Shown one piece after another: positions 11,132 to 21,671 of a DNA stretch of 64,000 bases. The position numbers and the translations under genes were made by a program. The notes under the pieces were generated by a model. It did no database searches. It was not told where the DNA came from and saw only the letters and a program-made list of their open reading frames with translations. Positions within the stretch are counted from its first letter, which is position 1; each line of letters starts with the position of its first letter. This DNA comes from Phycisphaerales bacterium (lineage in GTDB: Bacteria; Planctomycetota; Phycisphaerae; Phycisphaerales; UBA1924): contig DATAKA010000120.1 in assembly GCA_036261855.1 (NCBI GenBank), forward strand, positions 35,893 to 99,892, written 5' to 3'.

Positions 11132-11428
11132 ATGCCGCTCCCCGTTCCGACATCTGGCATCGCGGAGTTCTGCCGGCGCTGGAAGGTGGCCCGACTGGGC
11201 GTCATCGGGTCAGTGCTGCGCCCGGACTTTGGCCCAGAAAGTGACGTGGACGTCGTCGTCGTCTTCACGGCGGACGCCGCATGGGACATGTTCGACATCG
11301 TGCGGATGCGCGGCGAGCTCGCCACCATCTTCCAGCGGCAAGTGGACATCATCGAGGAACCCGCCGTCCGCAACCCGTACATGCTTGAATCCATCCGCCG
11401 AACCCAGCGTGTGCTCTATGCGGCCTGA
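11132..11428 (+). CDS. mntA: MntA-type nucleotidyltransferase antitoxin (minimal nucleotidyltransferase fold)
   Basis: 98 aa with GSVLRPDFGPESDVDVVVVF, the GS...D.D nucleotidyltransferase signature. Its 3' end overlaps the following DUF86 gene by 11 nt. Confidence 0.8.
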   Translation: MPLPVPTSGIAEFCRRWKVARLGVIGSVLRPDFGPESDVDVVVVFTADAAWDMFDIVRMRGELATIFQRQVDIIEEPAVRNPYMLESIRRTQRVLYAA

Positions 11429-11783
11429 GAAGACCGACCTCAAGTACCTCTGGGACATGCTCGACGCGGCACAGACCGTCGTCGAGTTGACGCAGGGCAA
11501 GACGTTGCCAGACTATGAGAACACCAAGTGGCTCCGCCTGGCCGTGGAGCGGTCGATCGAGATCATCGGCGAAGCCGCGCGGCGTGTTTCTCCGGAGTTT
11601 CAGGCGGCTCATCCCCAAGTTGCCTGGCAGGCCATCGTGGCGACGCGACACATCATCGCCCACGAGTATGGCGACCTGCAGCACGACAAACTGTGGCGCA
11701 TCGCCACCACGCACGTCCCCGCGCTGGTGATCGTGCTGAAACCCATCGTGGACGCAAACCCGCCCGCGACCCCCACACCATGA
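11418..11783 (+). CDS. hepT: HepT-type (DUF86) RNase toxin
   Basis: 121 aa with the Rx4HxY motif (RHIIAHEY) typical of HEPN/DUF86 toxins. It is paired with the upstream nucleotidyltransferase gene. Confidence 0.8.
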   Translation: MRPEKTDLKYLWDMLDAAQTVVELTQGKTLPDYENTKWLRLAVERSIEIIGEAARRVSPEFQAAHPQVAWQAIVATRHIIAHEYGDLQHDKLWRIATTHVPALVIVLKPIVDANPPATPTP

Positions 11784-13597
11784 CCTCCCCCTACGACACA
11801 TACACCTCCCCCCTCGCCACCCGCAACGCCAGCCCGGAGATGCTGCGGCTGTGGTCGGCCCGTCACAAGTTCAACACGTGGCGGCGCATCTGGCTGGCGG
11901 TGGCGGAGGCCCAGCACGAACTGACCAACAGAGGCTCGGGCGCAAGCCCGAGCACAGCCGCGCCCCTCGTCGCCAAAGAACAAGTCGAAGAACTCCGCGC
12001 CGTGGTGAATCGCCCCGGCGGCATCACCGACGACGAGATCCGGCTCGCGGAGAAGTACGAGCGCGAGTTGCGGCATGATGTGATGGCGCATGTGCACGCC
12101 CTGGGAGATTCGTGCCCCAAGGCGAAGGGCATCATCCACCTGGGCATGACGAGTCAGGACGTGGTGTGCAATGCGGACATGGAGATTTTGTTCCAGTCGC
12201 TTAGTCTTGTCGAAACCAAGGTGTACGCCGTCGTTGCCACGCTGTGTGGTCAAGCAGACACATGGAAGCAACTGCCAGCGCTCGGATTTACGCATTATCA
12301 ACCCGCGCAACCAGTCACCGCGGGGCGTCGCATTGCGCTATGGGCAAGTGATGCGAACATTGCGCGTGGGTATCTGAAAGAACGCGTGTGCTCCCTTCTC
12401 TTCAAGCTCCGGGGGCTGCGCGGCGCAACAGGCACACAGGCATCGTACTTGGCGCTTCTAGATGGACGATCGGTCCGCGTCGATGAGTTGGAAGTGCTCT
12501 TTCTGCACTACATGCACGAGGACGGATGGGGGGCCAAACCGCTGTACAGCGATGAGCAAGTGGCCGAAGAACGCAAGCAGGCCGCCGAGCATGTTCGGTG
12601 GCGTCTTGAACGACAGGAGCGGTACAACACCGATGTGTGTGAGCGGTTCAAGTCCACTCAGCCCGAGAGTGCGGCAAGAGACCACGTGTTGAACGAAATG
12701 CGATCAAGGTCAGAAGCGTCGAATCAGGATGAGATCCACAAGGCAGAGAAAATTGAAGCGACTTCACTGACAGAGTACCGGCAACAACTTGCCTTTGGAT
12801 ACCTCAGCGGCCGCACCTTTCCGTTGCAGGGTCAAACCTACCCCCGCGTCATCGACACCTTCATCCTCGCCGACCTCGCGAGTACCGCGGCCGTCCTCCA
12901 CAAGATCGCCACCGACATCCGCCTCCTCTGCAACCGCAAGGAACTCGACGAGCCCTTCGAGGACAAGCAGATCGGCAGCAGCGCGATGCCCTACAAACGC
13001 AACCCCATGCGCTGCGAGCGCATCTGCGGTCTCACGCGCTTTGTCATGAACCTCGTCGGCAACGCCTACGACACCGCCGCGACGCAGTGGCTGGAGCGCA
13101 CCCTCGACGACTCCTCCAACCGCCGCCTCTCACTCCCCGAGGCTTTCCTCGCCCTTGACGGCGCGCTCGACCTCATGCACAACGTCGCGAGCGGCCTCAT
13201 CGTCCACGAGGCGATGGTCAAGAAGAACCTCATGGCCGAACTCCCCTTCATGGCCACCGAGAACATCATGATGGCCTGCGTCAAACTCGGCGGCGACCGC
13301 CAGCACTACCACGAGCTCATCCGCGTCCACGCCCAGGCCGCCGGTCACCGCGTGAAACACGAGGGCCTCGACAACGACCTCCTCGATCGTCTCAAGGCCG
13401 ACAAGAACTTCCACTCCAAAGCCCGCGGCGGGCCGCTGAGCGCGGAACTCGACTGGGACGGCGTGATGGACCCGATGAAGTACATCGGGCGCAGCGTCGA
13501 ACAGACCGAGCGGTTCATCAAGGAAGTCGTGGAGCCCCTGCGCGAGCAGTACAAGGACGCGCTCGCCAACCTCGGCGAGAGCGGGCCCAAGGTCTGA
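11780..13597 (+). CDS. purB: Adenylosuccinate lyase, long ADSL-like form, with a roughly 100-aa insertion
   Basis: HLGMTSQDV, GFTHYQPAQP, GATGTQAS, GSSAMPYKRNPMRCE, ELPFMATENIMMA. The ATG at 11780 overlaps the hepT stop codon (ATGA). Confidence 0.9.
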   Translation: MTSPYDTYTSPLATRNASPEMLRLWSARHKFNTWRRIWLAVAEAQHELTNRGSGASPSTAAPLVAKEQVEELRAVVNRPGGITDDEIRLAEKYERELRHDVMAHVHALGDSCPKAKGIIHLGMTSQDVVCNADMEILFQSLSLVETKVYAVVATLCGQADTWKQLPALGFTHYQPAQPVTAGRRIALWASDANIARGYLKERVCSLLFKLRGLRGATGTQASYLALLDGRSVRVDELEVLFLHYMHEDGWGAKPLYSDEQVAEERKQAAEHVRWRLERQERYNTDVCERFKSTQPESAARDHVLNEMRSRSEASNQDEIHKAEKIEATSLTEYRQQLAFGYLSGRTFPLQGQTYPRVIDTFILADLASTAAVLHKIATDIRLLCNRKELDEPFEDKQIGSSAMPYKRNPMRCERICGLTRFVMNLVGNAYDTAATQWLERTLDDSSNRRLSLPEAFLALDGALDLMHNVASGLIVHEAMVKKNLMAELPFMATENIMMACVKLGGDRQHYHELIRVHAQAAGHRVKHEGLDNDLLDRLKADKNFHSKARGGPLSAELDWDGVMDPMKYIGRSVEQTERFIKEVVEPLREQYKDALANLGESGPKV

Positions 13598-13607
13598 TCG
13601 CCGCGGC

Positions 13608-16340
<2,733 letters not shown>

Positions 16341-16826
16341 GGCACTCATCCTTTCACACGCGGGGCCCATTGGAAGGGTGAATCACGGGCCCGCATGGCA
16401 TACTGCTTTCGATGCCCGGTCCTTAAGACCGCGACCGCAGCCGGCACCCCGGAGGAACCCAGTGCGCAAGCCGCGACAGTGACCCCATTTGCAAGCCGCG
16501 CGCCACACCCCCAGGGCGTCCAGAACCGCACCGGCGGGCCCGCGAGAACGTCGCGCGTGGCAGATGGCTGCCGAACCGGCAGGGCAAGGGGCCCATGTTG
16601 GTGGCGGCCCACGTTGTCGATTTGATGGCACCGGGGAGGAACCGGCCGCGAATAGATTGGTGGCGGCGAGATCCCACGCCCGACGGAAGTCCGCACCTCG
16701 TGCGGCGTCTGTACGGGGACAAGTTGACGTTTGCGCCCGGCCCTGTTACAACTGCCTCCCCGGCGGTCGGGCGAACGGCCCGATCGGCAGGCCCTGAACG
16801 GGCACTCGCCGGCACGCACACGGAGA

Positions 16827-17126
16827 ATGACCATGCGCAGCAAGATGTTCGCTCGCCTCTCAGTCCTGTCGGCCATCGCCCTCGCCGGCGCCCTCGTCGG
16901 CTGCGGCAGTTCGTCCCGTTACACCGCCGGTGATGAAGGCCGCCACGGCGACGTGCGCTCCGACGTCACCCCCGAGCTCATGACCCAGCACCAGCGCAAC
17001 GTCGACACGTACGACGAGCTCGAAGTGACCTGGGACGGCAACAGCCGCATGATGTGGGCCGACATCCACCGCTTCCTGTTGAATGATCGCCCGAGCCTGC
17101 TCACGGGCATGCCGACGCCGTACTGA
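16827..17126 (+). CDS. Small lipoprotein
   Basis: Signal peptide with a lipobox (LAGALVGC). GGAGA lies just upstream, so the ATG at 16833 is an equally plausible start. Confidence 0.55.
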   Translation: MTMRSKMFARLSVLSAIALAGALVGCGSSSRYTAGDEGRHGDVRSDVTPELMTQHQRNVDTYDELEVTWDGNSRMMWADIHRFLLNDRPSLLTGMPTPY

Positions 17127-17173
17127 ATCGCTGACGCGCTGCTACGGCGCGCAGCTCGACAGCCGCACACAAC

Positions 17174-17207
17174 ACAACAGCCCCGACCGTGCGGTCGGGG
17201 CTGTTGT
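17174..17207. terminator. Bidirectional terminator hairpin between convergent genes
   Basis: ACAACAGCCCCGACC-gtgc-GGTCGGGGCTGTTGT is a perfect 15-bp stem flanked by T/G-rich tracts in both orientations. Confidence 0.65.
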
Positions 17208-17240
17208 TGTTCTGCGAACAGCGGTTGCCGAACCGCGGGT

Positions 17241-17642
17241 TCACGCCGTGGTGTACTGGCCGCGGGAAACCTTCTTAAAGAGCTTGCGGTGCTTGAGAAG
17301 TGCCTGATTCACCATCGTGCGGAAGTTGGCGGCACCCGACTGGTAGCCGTTCTTGCGGACAGCGTCGGCCAGCTCGGTCACGCCCATGGTCTTGCCTGCG
17401 AGCGTCTTGCTCATGGACTCGACCAGCGTGCTCGAATTGCGGGCGCGGGTCCGTGCGGCCCCCCCACCACCCGCGGCGCCGCCGGCGGCCGCGATCTGTG
17501 CATCAAGAGTCGCGAGCTTCTTCGCGAGTTTGTCGCGCTTGCGCTGCAACGTCTTGAGTGAGCGCGTGCGGCGGCGGAGTTCCTTCTGGAGCGCGGACAC
17601 GGGCATGCTTGCAAGCGATCCTGGACCAGGGCGACGTCCCAT
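17241..17642 (-). CDS. Hypothetical coiled-coil protein with a C-terminal winged-helix (HARE-HTH/Mrr-N-like) domain
   Basis: Basic coiled-coil N-terminus (LQKELRRRTRSLKTLQRKRDKLAKKLATLDAQI), a Gly/Ala linker, then a C-terminal ...GVTELADAVRKNGYQS...KKVSRGQYTTA. The start is uncertain (17642 or 17606). Confidence 0.45.
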   Translation of the reverse strand: MGRRPGPGSLASMPVSALQKELRRRTRSLKTLQRKRDKLAKKLATLDAQIAAAGGAAGGGGAARTRARNSSTLVESMSKTLAGKTMGVTELADAVRKNGYQSGAANFRTMVNQALLKHRKLFKKVSRGQYTTA

Positions 17643-17830
17643 TGTGATACCTCTCGTAAGGCGGCCCCGCGTGCCGCTGTGTTGGGCGATCTGTGCGAGA
17701 ACATTACACATTCGCACAGAGTTGCGCGATGTTAGCAGCGCCTTATGGCGCGGCAACGCACCTCTGCAAACATCTCTGGCGAGATTCACGCTGAATGCCT
17801 ACCAGCCAGCGAACAACCAGCCTCTATGGG

Positions 17831-18814
17831 CTACTTGGATGTGTGGACTCCCAGGCGGGTCAGCAGGTCTTCGAAGTGATCCAAGCCGTAGAAGTCGATC
17901 ATCATCCGGCCGCGTTTGCCCTGGCGGTCTGTCAGAATGGACACTTTCGTGCCTAGGTGTTCGCCGATCTGGCGTTCCAGGTCCCGCAGCACCGCCGCAC
18001 GCGGCGAAGCATCCGCAGCCGCGCTCTTCGCGGGTTTCTGGGCGAGCGCGGAGACCTCCTGCTCCATTCGACGCACGCTCCAGTGCATCATGGCAGCAAG
18101 CTTTGCGAGCCTTTCGCGTTTTTCACCCGCTGGCACCGCGAGTAGCGCCTTGCCGTGTCCTTGGGAAAGCGTGCCCTTCGCGATGAGATCTGCGATGGCG
18201 GGTTCAAGCTCCGTGAGGCGCAGCAGGTTCGCGACCGACGGCCGCTCCAGACCGACGCGCCGCGCCAGTTCGTCCTGCGTCAGTGAAAAACGGTCGGACA
18301 TGGCCTTGAGCGCAAAGGCCCGGTCCATGGGGTTGAGGTCTTCGCGTTGAATATTCTCGACGAGCGCCCATTCAGCGGCTTGCTCGTCAGAAAGATCTCG
18401 CACGAGCGCGGGGATGGTCTCGAGGCCCGCGACCTGGGCCGCGCGCCAGCGTCGTTCGCCCGCGACGAGTTCATAGCGCTCGCCGCGGCGGCGCACGATC
18501 ACGGGCTGCATCAGCCCGCTGTGCTTGATCGAGGCCGCAAGGCCCGCGATGGTCGCTTCGTCCAGGGACTTGCGGGGCTGGAAGGGCGAGGGGTCGACAC
18601 AATCAAGCGGAAGCCGCAAAACGTCCGATAATAACGAACGATCACCGCTCGGCTGATTGGATGCTGCGTGATCGGTGACGGGAGATGCACTATGGGGCGA
18701 GATCGCCTCGGGTGGAGCGACCACAACCGGGGGCGGATTGAGACCGACGAGGCTGCTGAGTCCTTTGCCGAGTTTCCTGGGTTTCGAGTCCGTGGTGCCG
18801 ACTTCCTGCGACAT
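17831..18814 (-). CDS. parB: Chromosome partitioning protein ParB/Spo0J
   Basis: KLGKGLSSLVG, the GERRWRAA arginine patch, an HTH (LTQDELARRVGLERPSVANLLRL) and a C-terminal dimerisation region. Confidence 0.9.
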   Translation of the reverse strand: MSQEVGTTDSKPRKLGKGLSSLVGLNPPPVVVAPPEAISPHSASPVTDHAASNQPSGDRSLLSDVLRLPLDCVDPSPFQPRKSLDEATIAGLAASIKHSGLMQPVIVRRRGERYELVAGERRWRAAQVAGLETIPALVRDLSDEQAAEWALVENIQREDLNPMDRAFALKAMSDRFSLTQDELARRVGLERPSVANLLRLTELEPAIADLIAKGTLSQGHGKALLAVPAGEKRERLAKLAAMMHWSVRRMEQEVSALAQKPAKSAAADASPRAAVLRDLERQIGEHLGTKVSILTDRQGKRGRMMIDFYGLDHFEDLLTRLGVHTSK

Positions 18815-18924
18815 GGCAACCTCCTTGTTGCATCATGATACCCGCTGTCAGCGGGGGCGTGTCGCTGATCGAGTTGTCGGCGGGTCCCCCACAACTTTCA
18901 GGCGAAAACTGTCGATAGTTCGGC

Positions 18925-19641
18925 GTGCACCGCGAGCGACAACAGCTGTTCCACGTGGAACACGAGGCTGATCCGCGCCAGTTGGAGCGGCTTGGGTTGT
19001 GCCTTGCGATGGTGGCGCACGAGGTCCGGAACCTGCTCGCCCCCGTACGTCTGCGGTGCGAAGCTGCCTCCCGACACGGCGATGCTAACCAGGTAAGGGC
19101 CGCCCTCACGATGGCGGCTGGGCGATCGGCCGCGGTGAGTGAGGCCATGGACGCCATCCTGGGCGCGATGACTGGTGCCGCGCAAACGGAAAGTTTCGAC
19201 GTCCATGAGGAAGTGTGCCGTGCCGTGGAGCAGTTGGAATCGGGCGGTGCTGCCGTGAACGTGAGTGTTCCACGTGGAACAAGGGCCGCTGGCAGCGGCG
19301 TCGCGTTCAGGCTGGCTCTGCACAACCTGGTCAGAAACGCTCTGGAGTCCAGCCCCGGTGTGCAGGTGAACGTACGGGTGGACTCCGGCGCCGGACGCGA
19401 CGCCCTCGCCGTAACGGTATCTGACAATGGCTGCGGGCTGCCGCCGAGCGTGACCGTCGATCCCTATCGCGCGTTTCAATCGTCGAGCAAGGGCGGCAGC
19501 GGGCTCGGGTTGTCGATCGCAGCGATGCTGCTCCGATCGGGCGGTGGCGATATCATCCTTGCACACACCGGCCCGACGGGTACATCCTGGTTGCTCGTGT
19601 TGCAACACGCAGCAGCATCAAACACAACGAAGGCGGCTTGA
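18925..19641 (+). CDS. Short histidine kinase: HisKA-like H-box plus HATPase, with no sensor domain
   Basis: H-box MVAHEVRNLLAPV, N-box NLVRNALES, and the DNGCGLP and GGSGLGLSIAAML motifs. Confidence 0.7.
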   Translation: MHRERQQLFHVEHEADPRQLERLGLCLAMVAHEVRNLLAPVRLRCEAASRHGDANQVRAALTMAAGRSAAVSEAMDAILGAMTGAAQTESFDVHEEVCRAVEQLESGGAAVNVSVPRGTRAAGSGVAFRLALHNLVRNALESSPGVQVNVRVDSGAGRDALAVTVSDNGCGLPPSVTVDPYRAFQSSSKGGSGLGLSIAAMLLRSGGGDIILAHTGPTGTSWLLVLQHAAASNTTKAA

Positions 19642-19651
19642 TTATAGGACG

Positions 19652-20758
19652 TTATTCGTCCTTGGGCACAATCACGAGGTCCTCGGCGTCTACGCGCAAT
19701 GAATGCGCGTTTGCTTGGCCTGATCGTGGGTTGATGGCGGCGGCTGTGATGTGATCTCCGCTTGAAAGGGCGCAGCGGAGTTGCATGACTTCGCCGAGGT
19801 ACGTGCTCTCCACGGCCGTGACAGAGAATGTGTTGGGCTGGTTGGGTGCGGGGTTGAGTTGGACCGCCTCGGGGCGGACGGAGAGGAGCACGGGTGTGCC
19901 CGCAGTGGTGGGGGAGGTGGGTCTTGTGGTGGCTTGAAGGAGGCCGACGGCGGTCCGTACGTGGATGAGGTCGCGGTCGGCGGACTCGATGGTGCCCGGG
20001 ATGATGTTGGTTTCGCCCAGGAACTCAGCGACGAAGCGGCTGGCGGGGTTGCGGTAGAGGTCCTCGGGCGTGCCCATCTGCATGACGCGGCCGGCGCGCA
20101 TGATGGCGACGCGGTCGGCCATGCTGAGGGCTTCTTTCTGGTCGTGCGTCACGTAGACGGTTGTCGTGCCCGCGGCCTTGCAGATGCGGCGGATTTCGCT
20201 GCGGAGCTCAATCCGGAGTTTTGCGTCCAGATTCGAGAGTGGTTCGTCCAGCAGCAGCACGCGGGGCTTGATGACGATGGCGCGGGCGAGGGCGACGCGC
20301 TGCTGCTGGCCGCCGGAGAGCTGGTTGGGCTTGCGCTCTGCGTACTGCTCCATGCGGACCTGGGCGAGGGCCTCGCGGACGAGCGTTTCCCGCTGGTCCT
20401 TGGGCACTTTGCGCACTTCGAGGCCGAACGCGACATTCTGGGCGACGGTCATGTGGGGCCAGAGCGCGTAGCTCTGGAAGACCATGCCGGTATCGCGTTT
20501 TTCGGCGGGCAGGAAGGTGACATCCGTGGGTGCGGCGTTGCCGGTGTCGAACAGGATCTGGCCCGACGTGGGCTCGATGAACCCGGCGATCATGCGGAGG
20601 AGCGTGGTTTTGCCGCAGCCGGAGGGCCCGAGGAGGAAAAAGAGCTCGCCGGGGTCGATCGTGAGGGACACGCTGTCCACGGCGGTGGTGGGGGGGGCAG
20701 CGCCGACACTCGGGAACGCCTTGACGAGGCTCTTGATGTGGATGGCGGTGGAGCCCAT
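19652..20758 (-). CDS. ABC transporter ATP-binding protein (PotA/FbpC-like, with a C-terminal TOBE-like domain)
   Basis: Walker A GPSGCGKTT, signature LSGGQQQRVALARA, Walker B LLLDEP. The start is set at MGSTAIHIKSL (20758). No permease gene is adjacent. Confidence 0.85.
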   Translation of the reverse strand: MGSTAIHIKSLVKAFPSVGAAPPTTAVDSVSLTIDPGELFFLLGPSGCGKTTLLRMIAGFIEPTSGQILFDTGNAAPTDVTFLPAEKRDTGMVFQSYALWPHMTVAQNVAFGLEVRKVPKDQRETLVREALAQVRMEQYAERKPNQLSGGQQQRVALARAIVIKPRVLLLDEPLSNLDAKLRIELRSEIRRICKAAGTTTVYVTHDQKEALSMADRVAIMRAGRVMQMGTPEDLYRNPASRFVAEFLGETNIIPGTIESADRDLIHVRTAVGLLQATTRPTSPTTAGTPVLLSVRPEAVQLNPAPNQPNTFSVTAVESTYLGEVMQLRCALSSGDHITAAAINPRSGQANAHSLRVDAEDLVIVPKDE

Positions 20759-20811
20759 AGGCGCGGAGGGTAGCTGGGGCGGGCGCTTACGGGACGAACT
20801 TAGACTCTGCC

Positions 20812-21156
20812 ATGGCGTCCGGGCCCACACCACTCCAGAGAATCGAGCAGTTGCGTCGCCTGCGCGTGTGGGGGACACCGGACCTGTCGGTGCGCGGGGA
20901 TGCGGAGTCAACCCTGCGCGAACTGAAGAAGTTGGCCCGCACGACCGGAACACTCGGCGACCAATGGGATTCGCTCGTGCCGGCGGCGTTGGCGCGGACG
21001 ACGTCTCCGGGTCGTGTGTGGCGCGGCACGCTCACCATTCGTGCTCTTGATGCAGCCGCGAAGTATGAGTGCGAGCAGTGGCTGGCCTCCGGCGGTGATG
21101 CGGCGCTGCGCGCGGCCGTGAAGGGTGTCCGCGCCATCAAGGTGCAGCTGGGATGA
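20812..21156 (+). CDS. DUF721/DciA-like small protein
   Basis: 114 aa. The central GTLTIRALDAAAKYECEQW block resembles the DUF721 core. Called by eye only. Confidence 0.4.
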   Translation: MASGPTPLQRIEQLRRLRVWGTPDLSVRGDAESTLRELKKLARTTGTLGDQWDSLVPAALARTTSPGRVWRGTLTIRALDAAAKYECEQWLASGGDAALRAAVKGVRAIKVQLG

Positions 21157-21671
21157 GTTCACAGGCGCCGGAGAAGCGTGTCATCGGCGATGTTGACGAG
21201 ATGCTCATCGACGCGATGAACCGCGTGCCGCTGAAGTGCCCGTTCTGCGAGTACGACCTTCGATCGGCGGTGAGCGTGACGTGCCCGGAGTGCGGGCGGG
21301 TTCTGACGTGGAAGGACTTTCAGGATGATCGGCAGATGCCCGGCGGGAAGTTTGTCGTGCTGTCGCTGATGGGTGCTTGCCTCTGGTGCGTCGTGACGCT
21401 GTTCGCGCTCCCGTTCGTTGTATTGTCGATGGGCATGCCGTTGGCGCTGCGCGGGCTGCTGTCGATCGCGGACTTGGCGCTCTTGGGGTTGTCCATCACC
21501 TTGTTGGTGTCTTGGACATATCGGCCGCGGCGGCTGCTGACCTACACCGGTGGTGACCTGCTGCTCGTGCGGCTGCTCGTGGTGCCGATGGGTGTGCTGA
21601 CGTGCGTCGTGGGCGCAGCGCTGCCCGTGCTGTTTGTGTGGGCGGTGGTGGAGTATTGGCGCTGGCGTTAG
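21153..21671 (+). CDS. Zinc-ribbon membrane protein
   Basis: CPFCEYDL...CPECG zinc-ribbon motif followed by about 4 TM segments. Its start overlaps the upstream stop codon (ATGA). Confidence 0.5.
   Translation: MSSQAPEKRVIGDVDEMLIDAMNRVPLKCPFCEYDLRSAVSVTCPECGRVLTWKDFQDDRQMPGGKFVVLSLMGACLWCVVTLFALPFVVLSMGMPLALRGLLSIADLALLGLSITLLVSWTYRPRRLLTYTGGDLLLVRLLVVPMGVLTCVVGAALPVLFVWAVVEYWRWR

Noticed and set aside
16341-16826. The roughly 490-bp divergent intergenic region between clpB and the lipoprotein gene as a possible ncRNA, tRNA, tmRNA or RNase P locus, or a CIRCE heat-shock operator
   Set aside because: I found no tRNA-like acceptor or T-arm sequence, no tmRNA or RNase P conserved blocks, and no TTAGCACTC-N9-GAGTGCTAA element. 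There is only a weak promoter-like TTGACG-17-TACAAC at 16724-16752 and a GGGCCC...GGGCCC hairpin. I cannot support any call.
18898-19608. 236-aa minus-strand ORF upstream of parB as a possible parA
   Set aside because: It has no Walker A (KGGxxKT/S) motif, and it lies antisense to a motif-supported histidine kinase gene.
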